Assembly (NCBI GenBank): GCA_963771075.1
Contig: CAVYSE010000011.1
Coordinates: 448,001 to 512,000, forward strand
Length of the DNA stretch: 64,000 bases
DNA from: a candidate division FCPU426 bacterium
GTDB taxonomy: Bacteria; Oederibacteriota; Muellerivitia; Muellerivitales; Muellerivitaceae
Direction of reading: 5' to 3'
The notes under the pieces were generated by a model, which was not told where the DNA came from, did no database searches, and saw nothing but the letters and a program-made list of their open reading frames with translations. Below, piece after piece: positions 45,187 through 55,035 of the stretch. A program made the translations under genes and the position numbers. Within the stretch, counting starts at the first letter, position 1, and every line of letters starts with the position of its first letter.

Positions 45187-46203
45187 TTATTTTGAATAGA
45201 GGTGGTACCTGATCCCGGACCATTTGGCGCGGGGGCCGGTGAGGCGTTTTTGAAGAGTGGACGGCAATTGATTTTTATCCGCGATGGTAAATCCCAGCGG
45301 CAAGTAATAACCAGGAGAAGGGGTGACCATCCACAAATATTCCTGAAGGAATTTTTGGCTTTTCTGGGCGAATTTTTTCCTTTTCTCCAAATTTTTCCAT
45401 TGGTCGCAGGCATATTCCACCAGGGAGTGGCTTAAACCCTTGCCCCGATAAACCGGGTCCACGGATATACCGGTGATTTCCAAGCAATCCTCCTGAGCGG
45501 TCACGGTCAGCCAGCCGCTGTTGAATTGTTGGACTTCCGCCACCCATGCCAGCGTTCTTTCCGGTGAGACCTCGTCCGCACGCGAATCCGAGAGCGATTT
45601 TTCAATCTCCGGCAGGTCGAAGGCCCGGGCCTCCCTCAGCACAAGAGAATTGTCCAAGGACCAAAGGGAAGAGGCGGTCAAATCGCCCCGGTACATCAAA
45701 CCCCCGTTTTGGGTCGCGCGTAACCGGATGGCTAGGTCCAAGACCTGTTCCCGGGTGGCCCATTTGCATTCCCGGACCTCGTGATGGTCGGTGAAGGCCA
45801 GTTCCGTGTCTTGGGTGGTGGCATAAAAGACGTAAGAATCCCAGGTGGCGACTTCGCCCTGAAACCCGATGTCGAGGGTGATATGGACCAAAAACCGTTT
45901 CAACTCACACTGAAGGCCCGTTTCCTCGATGGCTTCCCGCAAGGCCCCGGCGACAAAATCCTCCCCCGGTTTGATCCCGCCCGATGGCGAACGAAAGATG
46001 CCGGGAGGATAGCTGTGCTTGGCCATCATGCCGAAACGACCATCGGGTCCCTCGATGAGCATGGTCACGTCATGGGCGCGGTTTTGCTGAAGGCTCCGTT
46101 GAACCAGGTTCCAGCCCTGTTCATCGAACTCATAGGTCATCCAGGGATGATAGGGATACCCGAAACGGTCTCGAATGTTGGATAATTGGGGCCGGATGAA
46201 CAA
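45187..46203 (-). CDS. Nudix hydrolase-GNAT acetyltransferase fusion
   Basis: Nudix box GGIKPGEDFVAGALREAIEETGL; GNAT motif A SVDPVYRGKGLS..LV and YY..LGF. Confidence 0.8.
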   Translation of the reverse strand: MFIRPQLSNIRDRFGYPYHPWMTYEFDEQGWNLVQRSLQQNRAHDVTMLIEGPDGRFGMMAKHSYPPGIFRSPSGGIKPGEDFVAGALREAIEETGLQCELKRFLVHITLDIGFQGEVATWDSYVFYATTQDTELAFTDHHEVRECKWATREQVLDLAIRLRATQNGGLMYRGDLTASSLWSLDNSLVLREARAFDLPEIEKSLSDSRADEVSPERTLAWVAEVQQFNSGWLTVTAQEDCLEITGISVDPVYRGKGLSHSLVEYACDQWKNLEKRKKFAQKSQKFLQEYLWMVTPSPGYYLPLGFTIADKNQLPSTLQKRLTGPRAKWSGIRYHLYSK

Positions 46204-46312
46204 AATTCAGGACGCTCCCTTTATTAGGATACTTTCCCTAAATGAATCATAATGGATAAAAGGTTTATCCATTTTAGAGTTCGGGTGAACGCTGTCAAAC
46301 AGGAGTTTCCCC

Positions 46313-48538
46313 ATTTACAAGCGATTATGGTTTTTCCTTCTTTTGAGTTGCTTTTTGTCGGCCGATTTTCTTTCGGCTTCCCCCCGGGATTTGGCCTCCT
46401 GGGTGGACCCCTTTATCGGCACAAGCAAAGGTGGGAATACCTTTCCCGGAGCCCTCGTGCCGTGGGGGATGGTTTCGGTCAGCCCCCATAACGCCCTGCA
46501 AGCTCCCTCGGGCTACCTCCATGGTCAACCCCTGGTTTTCGGTTTTGGCCATACCCATTTAAGTGGAATGAACTGCCCCGACCTGGGCAGCCTTTTGCTG
46601 ATTCCGACCCTGGGCGAACTGAAGCCGGGAGCTTTGGCCAATGGGAGTGCTTATGAAGAGGAGCAGGCTTCCCCCGGCTATTACGCATTGAAACTCAAGG
46701 ACTCGGGAATTTCGGCGGAAATGACCGCGACCACCCACTGCGGCTTCAGCCTCTATGCCTTTCCCGCACGAAGCGGGGACGCGAACATCCTGATCGACGC
46801 GTCCCACCGTTTGACCCAGGACGGGCCCGGGGAAGCGGACCGGTTCCAGGGCCGGGTGAAAATCGTTTCGCCTTCCGAAGCGGAAGGCTTTTGCGAAAGC
46901 GGGGATTTTTGCAGTCCCTCCGCCGGCAACCAGCAAACCCTCTACTTCGTCATCCAGTTCAGCAAGCCCGCCCAATCCGCCGGAACCTGGAAAGGGAAGA
47001 TACGATCCCCTGACGACGAGGCCCAGGGCCAGGAGGTGGGAGCCTTTTTCCGTTTCAATACCGCCGAGATGGAACCGATCGGGGTCAAGGCCGGGGTTTC
47101 CTATGTGAGCGTGAAAAACGCCAGGGAGAACCTGAAAGCGGAACTTCCCGGGTGGGATTTTATGGGGGTACGATTATCCGCCCGGGCGGAATGGAACCGC
47201 CAACTTTCACGGGTTCAGGTCTCGGGTGGATCGGAAACCATGAAAAAAATATTTTACACAGCCCTCTACCATTGCTTGATCCACCCAAGTATTTTTTGCG
47301 ACGTCAACGGCGAATATCCCTCCTTCACGCGTCACGAGATACGTACGGTGAAGGGTGGAATCCGCTATTCGGTTTTCCCACTTTGGTACAGCTATCGATT
47401 GCTTCATCCTCTCCTGACTTTGTTTTATCCCGAGCGGGAACAGGATATGGTGAAGAGCCTGACGGAAATGGCTCAAGAAAGTGATTGGCTTCCCCGTTGG
47501 GAGCTGGCGGGCAATGAAACAGGGGTTATGGTGGGGAGCCCGGCCGTGCCTTTTTTGACCGACGCTTACTTGAAGGGAATCCGGGGATTCGATCCGGAAG
47601 AAGCTTTTTCCGCGATGGTAAAAAGCCTCAAACCGGAAGGGAACAAACTTTACGGAGGTTTGAATTCCCTTTTGCGTTTCGGGTTTATTCCCAAGGACGA
47701 TGCCAGCGGGGATTGGGTTTGGGGATCCGTTTCCATGACCCTGGAATATTCCTACGATTATTGGTGTTTGGCCCAGATGGCCCGCGCCCTGGGGCATACC
47801 CAAGCGCATGACGAATATATCCACCTTTCGGGGCTTTACCGGAATCTCTACGACCCTGATACGGGTTTTTTGAGACCCAAGATGGGGGACGGCGGTTATC
47901 TCTCCCCCTTTGACGCGGCGGCAACCTGTTGCGACCACAATTGGGAAGGGAGCGGGGGCCCGGGATATGTGGAAGGCAGCGCGTGGCAGTATCTTTTTCA
48001 CGTTCCCCAGGATTTGGACGGCCTCAAACTTCTGATGGGTGGCGACGAGGCCTTTTCAAGCAAGCTTCAGGAAATGTTTGTAAAGGGTTATTACGACCCG
48101 GGAAAAGCGGCAGATTGGACCTATCCATACCTCTTTGACGCATTGCCGGGAGAGGCCTGGCGGACCCAAGGGTTGGTCCGGTCCCTCATGGATAAGCATT
48201 TCACCGGTGGTCCTGAAGGGTTGCCCGGCAATGACGAGGGCGGCAGTTTATCGGCCTGGTTGGTTTTTTCTTCCCTGGGTTTTTTCCCCTATTGCCCGGG
48301 AAGCGGAACCTACTTATTGGGGAGCCCGGTATTTCGGGAAGCGAAAATCCTGCTCAATAAAACCTATTATTCCGGGGGAAATCTTCTGATAAAAACCGTC
48401 AACAATTCCGACAAGAACGTTTATGTCCAATCCCAGTTGGTGGACGGCGTTTCCAACCACGAGCATTTCATCAAACACAGCGATCTGGTTTACGGGAAAT
48501 CCATCGTTTTTACCCTGGGACTCCATCCCGCGCCTTAA
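46313..48538 (+). CDS. Glycoside hydrolase family 92 (alpha-mannosidase-like), secreted; probable ATT start (ORF-track start 46343)
   Basis: VDPFIGT..GNTFPGA..P.GMV, GF.HTHLSG, E.ASPGYY, FYTALYH, S.TLEY.YD, EG..WQY, SAW.VFS.LG. Confidence 0.9.
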   Translation: MYKRLWFFLLLSCFLSADFLSASPRDLASWVDPFIGTSKGGNTFPGALVPWGMVSVSPHNALQAPSGYLHGQPLVFGFGHTHLSGMNCPDLGSLLLIPTLGELKPGALANGSAYEEEQASPGYYALKLKDSGISAEMTATTHCGFSLYAFPARSGDANILIDASHRLTQDGPGEADRFQGRVKIVSPSEAEGFCESGDFCSPSAGNQQTLYFVIQFSKPAQSAGTWKGKIRSPDDEAQGQEVGAFFRFNTAEMEPIGVKAGVSYVSVKNARENLKAELPGWDFMGVRLSARAEWNRQLSRVQVSGGSETMKKIFYTALYHCLIHPSIFCDVNGEYPSFTRHEIRTVKGGIRYSVFPLWYSYRLLHPLLTLFYPEREQDMVKSLTEMAQESDWLPRWELAGNETGVMVGSPAVPFLTDAYLKGIRGFDPEEAFSAMVKSLKPEGNKLYGGLNSLLRFGFIPKDDASGDWVWGSVSMTLEYSYDYWCLAQMARALGHTQAHDEYIHLSGLYRNLYDPDTGFLRPKMGDGGYLSPFDAAATCCDHNWEGSGGPGYVEGSAWQYLFHVPQDLDGLKLLMGGDEAFSSKLQEMFVKGYYDPGKAADWTYPYLFDALPGEAWRTQGLVRSLMDKHFTGGPEGLPGNDEGGSLSAWLVFSSLGFFPYCPGSGTYLLGSPVFREAKILLNKTYYSGGNLLIKTVNNSDKNVYVQSQLVDGVSNHEHFIKHSDLVYGKSIVFTLGLHPAP

Positions 48539-48560
48539 AACCCTAAACACAAACAAAAGA

Positions 48561-48661
48561 CAACACAATGACACGAAAACTCTAAGTGCGAAAAAAGATT
48601 GGTAATTCGAATTAAGCCTCAATAAGGTCGGTTCTTCCTTGTGACTTTGTGTCTTCGTGTG
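48561..48661. repeat. 8-mer-periodic inverted repeat
   Basis: caacacaatgacacgaaaactctaag ... cttgtgactttgtgtcttcgtgtg. Confidence 0.7.
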
Positions 48662-48697
48662 GGAGGTAGGTTTAAGTTTGATGACCATAAACAAACC

Positions 48698-48726
48698 TTG
48701 TGGTTTTCGCGCGACAGTGCTATAAA
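48698..48726 (+). promoter_or_regulatory. Sigma-70 promoter of the rpsB operon
   Basis: TTGTGG-17bp-TATAAA with TG extension. Confidence 0.55.
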
Positions 48727-48906
48727 TTGACGGCTTTTGGGGGGCCTTAAAACCCCACCAAATCAGGCGAATGGAAGCCCTGTTTCCTGCCTATTTCTCA
48801 CGCTTTTCTTACCGCTTTCAAGTGTTCCCCCTGGGAATGGAGAAAGCCTCTCTAGTAGAAAAATAGAGGGATGATAAAGCGGCGGAACAACTAAAGGAGT
48901 CGCACC

Positions 48907-49872
48907 ATGATGTCCGTTTCGATGAAGCAGCTATTGGAAGCCGGTGTCCATTTCGGCCACCAGACCCGCCGTTGGAATCCCAAGATGGCCGCCTTTATTT
49001 TCGGCGAGCGGAATGGGATCCACATTATCGACCTCCAGAAAACCGTCAAGAAGCTCAAGGAAGCCTACCAATTCACCAAGGACCTGGCCGCCGCCGGAGA
49101 ATCCATCGTTTTCGTGGGCACGAAGAAGCAGGCCCAGGACGCCATCAAGGAAGAAGCGGAACGTTGCGGGATGCCCTATGTCAACTACCGGTGGCTGGGC
49201 GGGATGCTCACTAATTTCACTACCATCAAGAAATCCATCGGATACCTGAAAGAACTGGAAAGCATCTCGGAGACCGAGATGGCGGACCGTTCTAAGAAGG
49301 AACAAGCCGGGTTAAACAAGGACAAGATGAAGCTGGAGCGCTCCCTGGGCGGCATCAAGAACGTCAACAAACTGCCCGGCGCCATCTTCGTGATCGACAC
49401 CAAAAAAGAGCACATCGCCGTGCAGGAAGCCCGTAAGCTCGGGATTCCCGTGATCGCGGTGGTGGATACGAACTGCGACCCGAGCGAGGTGGACGTAGTC
49501 ATCCCGGGCAACGATGACGCCATCCGCGCGGTGAAATTGATGACCTCCGTGATGGCCAGCGCCATTTTGGAAGGCCGGGCGAAGGAACTGGAAGGCCGGG
49601 AAGTCACGGCCGACGGCTCCGTGGCCGGCGGCGAAGTGGGAGAGGAAATGCTGGCGGCGGCGGAAGCTACCGAGGTTGCGGCGGAAACAGCCGAGATAAC
49701 GGGCGAGGAGTTGGCCGAGGAAAAACCGGCGCCCGATGCGGCTGAACTCCTGGTGGGCAGTGTGGAGCATTTGGCCGGTGACGCGGTGACCGTCTCCACC
49801 CTGGCCGACGAATTGGCCAATGAAAAGGTCGAGAGGATCCGCACCAAGCGCGTGCGGGACGACAAACCCTGA
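48907..49872 (+). CDS. rpsB: 30S ribosomal protein S2 with acidic C-terminal extension
   Basis: [38 protein letters not shown]. Confidence 0.99.
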   Translation: MMSVSMKQLLEAGVHFGHQTRRWNPKMAAFIFGERNGIHIIDLQKTVKKLKEAYQFTKDLAAAGESIVFVGTKKQAQDAIKEEAERCGMPYVNYRWLGGMLTNFTTIKKSIGYLKELESISETEMADRSKKEQAGLNKDKMKLERSLGGIKNVNKLPGAIFVIDTKKEHIAVQEARKLGIPVIAVVDTNCDPSEVDVVIPGNDDAIRAVKLMTSVMASAILEGRAKELEGREVTADGSVAGGEVGEEMLAAAEATEVAAETAEITGEELAEEKPAPDAAELLVGSVEHLAGDAVTVSTLADELANEKVERIRTKRVRDDKP

Positions 49873-49987
49873 ACGGCAGTTGACAGTTCGCGGCTGATAG
49901 TCGGCTGCGAAAAAGTATAACCCAAACCAACCGCCGGCAAGAAATGAATCAACCAAGCCTTTGGGGATGAAAGCAGAGGGAAATTAA

Positions 49988-50578
49988 ATGGAGATCAGCG
50001 CAACCGTAGTGAAGGACCTCCGGGAAAAAACTGGAGCCGGGATGATGGACTGCAAAAAGGCCCTGACCGAGACCCAGGGAGATTTTGAGAAGGCCGTGGT
50101 TTGGCTCCGGGAAAAGGGAATGTCCCAAGTCGCCAAGCGCGCCGGCCGGAGCGCCAACCAGGGAGCCATCGCCAGTTATGTGCACGGAGGCAAGGTAGGG
50201 GTCCTGGTTGAGGTGAATTGCGAGACCGACTTCGTGGCTAAGACCGAGGATTTCCAGGCACTGGGTAAAGAACTGGCCATGCAGGTGGCCGCCTCCTCCC
50301 CCAAGTATGTGGTGAAAGAAGAGGTTCCTGCCGCCGAACTGGAGCAGGAAAAAACGATCTACCTGGCGGAAGCCAAGCAGTCCGGCAAGCCCGAGGCCGT
50401 GCAGCAGAAGATCGCGGAGGGAAAGATCGAGAGCTATTACAAGCTCGTGTGCTTGATGGAACAGCCCTATATCCGCGAACCGAAAAAAAGCGTGAAACAA
50501 TATGTCACGGAAGTAGCCGCCAAACTGGGCGAGAACGTGGTGGTCAAACGCTTCTCCCGCCTGCAATTGGGCGAATAA
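49988..50578 (+). CDS. tsf: Elongation factor Ts (short form)
   Basis: [26 protein letters not shown]. Confidence 0.98.
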   Translation: MEISATVVKDLREKTGAGMMDCKKALTETQGDFEKAVVWLREKGMSQVAKRAGRSANQGAIASYVHGGKVGVLVEVNCETDFVAKTEDFQALGKELAMQVAASSPKYVVKEEVPAAELEQEKTIYLAEAKQSGKPEAVQQKIAEGKIESYYKLVCLMEQPYIREPKKSVKQYVTEVAAKLGENVVVKRFSRLQLGE

Positions 50579-50603
50579 AGCTTCCTTAAGGAGGAAGGGG
50601 TCC

Positions 50604-51350
50604 ATGGCTTCCAGAAACTCCCGGCCGAAAAAAGCGAAACCCGCCTATCGCAGGGTGTTGCTGAAGGTTTCGGGGGAGGCCCTGGCGGGGACCAACCGGG
50701 AGCACCGGATCGATGAAAAGATCGTAGGCTCCATCGCACGCGAGATCTGCGAGGTCTGGAAGAACGGCGTCGAGATGGCCCTGGTCATCGGCGGCGGGAA
50801 CATCTACCGCGGCGCGGACGGCGAACGCATGGGCATGGACCGGGTCTCGAGCGATTACATGGGCATGCTGGGAACCCTCATCAACGCCCTGGCCCTCCAG
50901 AACTCCCTGGAGAAACTGGGGGCGAACACCCGGGTTCAAAGCGCCATCGAGATGTCCAAGGTGGCGGAGCCCTATATCCGCCGCCGAGCCCTGCGCCACC
51001 TTGAAAAGGGGCGGATCGTAATCTTCGCGGCCGGGACCGGCAACCCCTATTTCACCACCGACACCGCCGCGGCCCTGCGGGCCATCGAGATCGGCGCGGA
51101 CTGCATCCTGAAAGCCACCAACGTGGACGGCATTTACAACGCGGACCCGAAAAAGGACCCCCAAGCGGTCCGGTTCAAGAGCCTGACCTATATCGAGGCC
51201 ATCAACCGCCGGTTGAAGGTAATGGATACGACCGCTTTGAGCCTTTGCATGGATAACAAACTTCCCATCGTGGTGTTTGACATGCACCGGCCGGGCAACA
51301 TTAAAAGGGTTATCTACGGGGAACCCATTGGGACGACGGTCAAGCATTAG
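50604..51350 (+). CDS. pyrH: Uridylate kinase
   Basis: [26 protein letters not shown]. Confidence 0.99.
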   Translation: MASRNSRPKKAKPAYRRVLLKVSGEALAGTNREHRIDEKIVGSIAREICEVWKNGVEMALVIGGGNIYRGADGERMGMDRVSSDYMGMLGTLINALALQNSLEKLGANTRVQSAIEMSKVAEPYIRRRALRHLEKGRIVIFAAGTGNPYFTTDTAAALRAIEIGADCILKATNVDGIYNADPKKDPQAVRFKSLTYIEAINRRLKVMDTTALSLCMDNKLPIVVFDMHRPGNIKRVIYGEPIGTTVKH

Positions 51351-51425
51351 GTCCTTTCTCGTCGATCGATGGTTTCAACCGGTTGTTTTTAGCAAATTGA
51401 TTGTCGCCTGGGAAGGAGTGAACCC

Positions 51426-51986
51426 TTGGACGCGAACCAAATCCTCAACGAAACCGATTCGAAGATGAAAAAAGCCATTGAGTCCACTAAAAGGGAATTT
51501 TCCTCAGTGCGAACCGGCCGTGCTTCCACCAGCCTGGTCGAGAATATCAAGGTGGAGTACTACGGCAGTTATGTTCCGCTCAACCAAGTGGCGGGGATCT
51601 CGATTCCCGACTCCCGTACCATCGAGATGAAGCCATGGGATATCCAGGCGTTGCCCGAGATCGAGAAAGCCATCCAGAAAAGCGATTTGGGACTCAACCC
51701 CAACAACGACGGCAAGGTGATCCGGATCAACATTCCCCCCCTGACCGAGGAGCGCCGGAAGGAATTCGTCAAGGTGGTTCACAAGCACGCCGAGGACGGC
51801 CGGGTGGCGATCCGTTCCATCCGCCAGGAGGCCAACAAACACCTGGACCAGCTTAAAAAAGACAAGACCCACTCGGATGACGAGATCAAGAAGTTCCAGG
51901 ATCGGGTTCAAAAAATGACGGACGCCCATACGCAGGAAATCAACACGCTGAGAGAGCACAAGGAAAAAGAGATCCTCGAGTTTTAA
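51426..51986 (+). CDS. frr: Ribosome recycling factor
   Basis: RTGRA, SDLGLNP.NDG, PPLTEERR; AAGGAG RBS, TTG start. Confidence 0.98.
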   Translation: MDANQILNETDSKMKKAIESTKREFSSVRTGRASTSLVENIKVEYYGSYVPLNQVAGISIPDSRTIEMKPWDIQALPEIEKAIQKSDLGLNPNNDGKVIRINIPPLTEERRKEFVKVVHKHAEDGRVAIRSIRQEANKHLDQLKKDKTHSDDEIKKFQDRVQKMTDAHTQEINTLREHKEKEILEF

Positions 51987-52004
51987 ACCAGCCCTGGAGG
52001 GCTG

Positions 52005-52817
52005 GTGGTAATTTCCGCAAACCCATCGGAGCCAACCGACCCTTTTATGACCGTCGCCCTTCTCAAACGCTACCGCCTGAAGCCCCACTTGCCCCGTCAT
52101 GTGGCCATCATCATGGATGGAAACGGCCGTTGGGCCAAGAAACGCCACCTACCCCGCATCGCGGGTCACCGGGCCGGGGCCCTCTCCATCCGGGAAATTG
52201 TACGCCTATCCGGTGAGCTGGGGATCGAGGTTTTGACCCTTTACGCTTTTTCCACCGAGAATTGGAAGCGCCCTCCCCGCGAGGTGGGGCTTCTGATGCA
52301 GTTATTGAAACAATACCTGCGGAACGAAGTGGCCGAATTGAAAGCCAACAACGTCCGGTTGACGACCATCGGGAACCGCGAAGACTTGCCCCGAGAGATC
52401 CAAACCGAGTTGGACCGGGCCATGGAAGCTACCTCCCGGGGAACCGGGTTGAACCTGGTCCTGGCCCTTTCCTACAGCGGACGAGCCGACTTGACGAAAG
52501 CGGTAAAAAACATCTGCTTCCAAGTGAAAAAAGGAAAGCTTTCCCCCGGCGGCCTCAAGGAATTCCACATCACCCAGGCCCTTTCGACGGCTCCTCTTCC
52601 CGAGGTGGACCTCCTGATCCGCACGAGCGGCGAGATGCGGATCTCGAATTTCCTTTTGTGGGAAATCGCCTATTCGGAGTTGCATATCACGAAGACCCTC
52701 TGGCCTGATTTTCGCAAACGGCATTTTTTGGCGGCCTTGAGGGATTTTCAGGGCCGGAAACGCCGTTTTGGCGGGGTCCAAAGCGTCATTGGAAGCGTGA
52801 CTTCATGGGCTCGTTGA
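52005..52817 (+). CDS. uppS: Undecaprenyl diphosphate synthase
   Basis: HVAIIMDGNGRWA, YAFSTENWKRP, IRTSGE.RISNFLLW. Confidence 0.98.
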   Translation: MVISANPSEPTDPFMTVALLKRYRLKPHLPRHVAIIMDGNGRWAKKRHLPRIAGHRAGALSIREIVRLSGELGIEVLTLYAFSTENWKRPPREVGLLMQLLKQYLRNEVAELKANNVRLTTIGNREDLPREIQTELDRAMEATSRGTGLNLVLALSYSGRADLTKAVKNICFQVKKGKLSPGGLKEFHITQALSTAPLPEVDLLIRTSGEMRISNFLLWEIAYSELHITKTLWPDFRKRHFLAALRDFQGRKRRFGGVQSVIGSVTSWAR

Positions 52818-53635
52818 CCAAGCGCGTGCTGGTCGCTTTGGTCTCCATTCCTCTTTTGCTATTCCTGACCTTTTGGGGCCAAACCCTCCCCTTCCGTCTA
52901 CTCGTGTTGGGGGTAATCCTGCTGGGCCTCTGGGAATTTCTGACCCTTTGCGAACGTCACGGCTTGGCCCCGCTCAAGGCCGAGGGAATGATAGCCCTGT
53001 CAGTGATGCTCTCGCCCTGGGTGATGAGGCCCTGGGTTTCCTGGGATGGTCGGGGAGCTTTCCTGGTCGCCTTGATGATCCTGTGTTTCTCATTCATGGG
53101 ATCGAAACGCCCGATGGCGGAGATGGTGGTCTCGGTGAGCGTCACCTTTTTCGGGGCGGCCTATTTCGGCGTATTGACCGGATATGTTTTCCGCTTGAGG
53201 GAACTGAACGAAGGCGCTTCGCAATTGTTGATCCTGTTCGTGGCTACTTGGGCCTACGACACGGGCGGTTTTTTCGCGGGATCCCTGATGGGAAAACATC
53301 CGCTGGCGCCCCTCTCTTCGCCCAAGAAAAGCTGGGAGGGCGCGGTCGGCGGCACGCTTCTGTCGGCTTTGGGGTTGGGCCTGCTCCGGCAGTGCCTCCC
53401 TTATTACGCAAACCATTACTCCTGGACCGACGTATCGGTCTTGGCCCTGCTCCTGTCCTTCTTCGGACAGTTGGGGGATCTGGTGGAATCGATGATCAAG
53501 CGTAGCCTTACCGCCAAGGATTCGGGGTCCTTTTTCCCCGGCCACGGGGGAGTGTTCGACCGGGTGGACAGCCTGCTGTTCAACGCGCCCGTTTTATTTT
53601 ATTACCTATTGAACGTGAAGCACATCATCGAATAA
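52805..53635 (+). CDS. cdsA: Phosphatidate cytidylyltransferase
   Basis: SPKKSWEG, GDLVES.IKR...KDSG...PGHGG..DR.DS. Confidence 0.97.
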   Translation: MGSLTKRVLVALVSIPLLLFLTFWGQTLPFRLLVLGVILLGLWEFLTLCERHGLAPLKAEGMIALSVMLSPWVMRPWVSWDGRGAFLVALMILCFSFMGSKRPMAEMVVSVSVTFFGAAYFGVLTGYVFRLRELNEGASQLLILFVATWAYDTGGFFAGSLMGKHPLAPLSSPKKSWEGAVGGTLLSALGLGLLRQCLPYYANHYSWTDVSVLALLLSFFGQLGDLVESMIKRSLTAKDSGSFFPGHGGVFDRVDSLLFNAPVLFYYLLNVKHIIE

Positions 53636-53681
53636 TGCGCGGGTTTTTCCCGGAAGGCCCGCCAAAAAGAAGGAAAAACAA

Positions 53682-54884
53682 ATGCCATTGGAAGATTTGA
53701 TCAAAAAAACCTATTCCACTTTTGTCCACCAGTACGGGGACGGGGGGAGAAAAGTCACGATGGTGGCGGCTCCCACCCGTATCGCGCTTTTGGGCGGTGA
53801 GTACACCGAGGCCGTGGACGGATATTCCCTCGTGGCCGCGGGTAACCGTTTCATGGTGGTGGCGGCCCAGCGCCGGACCGATAAAACGGCGGTTTTCCAT
53901 TCGTTGAAATATGACGAGAAAATCAAGACGAACCTCGCCACGATCAAATTCGATCGCGCGGACGGCTGGGCCAACTACCCCAAGGGCGTGGTTTATCTCT
54001 ATGAGCGGACCGGCCGCAAGGTGGATGGCATCCAAATGGTGCTCCATTCGGACATGGCCGAGGATGCGAACCAGGGTATTTCCTCCGCCATCGAGGTGGC
54101 GACGGGGGTGGCTTGCAATGCCCTGGGGAATAACCCGCTCGATGACGCCACCCTGGTCAAGCTGTGTCAGCGGGTGGAAACCCAGTTCATGGGCCTACGC
54201 GGGGATTATTCCACACCCTACGCGATCAAGTTCGCGAAGAAGGACCAGGTGGTCCTATTTGATTCGCGCACCTTCAAGCCCGAATACGCCCCCTTTGACG
54301 GCTTCCGCTTCAAACTGGTGGTCATCGACAGCGGGGTGCGTAAAAAGGAGAGGGATGAGGAATTCAAAAAGCGCATCGACCTGTTCAACCAACTCCTGTT
54401 GGAAATCCGAAAGCACGTGCCCAAGATCATCTCCCTGAGGGACGTTCCGGCCGACTTATATGAAGATGCCCGCAAAAAGATCGATATCCTCCTTCGTAAA
54501 AGACTGGACCATGTGATCTACGAGAACCAGAGGGTTCGAAAGGGGAAGGACCTTTTGGCCAAGGGGGATTATGCCGGTTTTGGCCAACTCATGAGCGAAT
54601 CCCACGATTCCCTGGCGGAAAAGATGAAAGCGACCTGCCAGGAGGTGGATATACTCACTGCCGTGATTAGGAGCCAGGCAGGCTGCTTGGGCTCCCGGAT
54701 GGCTGGAATAGGTTGGGGGGGCACGGTGGTTTGTCTCGTTAGGGCGGCGGAAGCGGAAACCTTCGTGGAACGTGTGAAAGCCGAGTATAAAAAACAAGTC
54801 AATATTTACCCGCAAGCCTTCATCGAAGAACCCCAAGAGGGAGCACGGGAGGTAGCGTCCCCCACCGCCCCCGCAACCCCTTGA
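53682..54884 (+). CDS. Galactokinase-like GHMP-fold protein with degenerate catalytic motifs
   Basis: AP.R..L, WANY.KG, HV..EN.RV, FG.LM.ESH.SL, GSRMAG.GWGG; GLSSS and MDQ motifs missing. Confidence 0.8.
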   Translation: MPLEDLIKKTYSTFVHQYGDGGRKVTMVAAPTRIALLGGEYTEAVDGYSLVAAGNRFMVVAAQRRTDKTAVFHSLKYDEKIKTNLATIKFDRADGWANYPKGVVYLYERTGRKVDGIQMVLHSDMAEDANQGISSAIEVATGVACNALGNNPLDDATLVKLCQRVETQFMGLRGDYSTPYAIKFAKKDQVVLFDSRTFKPEYAPFDGFRFKLVVIDSGVRKKERDEEFKKRIDLFNQLLLEIRKHVPKIISLRDVPADLYEDARKKIDILLRKRLDHVIYENQRVRKGKDLLAKGDYAGFGQLMSESHDSLAEKMKATCQEVDILTAVIRSQAGCLGSRMAGIGWGGTVVCLVRAAEAETFVERVKAEYKKQVNIYPQAFIEEPQEGAREVASPTAPATP

Positions 54885-55035
54885 AGGGAAAAACGGGGCC
54901 ATGAAAGCCCTTTGTCCTGTATTTGCCCGTCGGAAATCATTTTTCTAGACGGGTTTTCAAATCACTTTATAATGAAACCCGCTATTCTTTGTTAAACGTT
55001 TTTGACGATACCCTTGTTCATCTTTGGAGGCGGCA

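Noticed and set aside
43686..46203. Pycsar/CBASS-like defence pair (cyclase plus Nudix)
   Set aside because: Genes are convergent, the cyclase has ATP-type specificity residues and receptor topology, and no effector is present
49988..50578. Truncated tsf
   Set aside because: ~200-aa EF-Ts is a normal form in many phyla
53682..54884. Mevalonate kinase or functional galK symbol
   Set aside because: Scaffold is GalK-like rather than MVK-like and catalytic motifs are missing, so no symbol assigned
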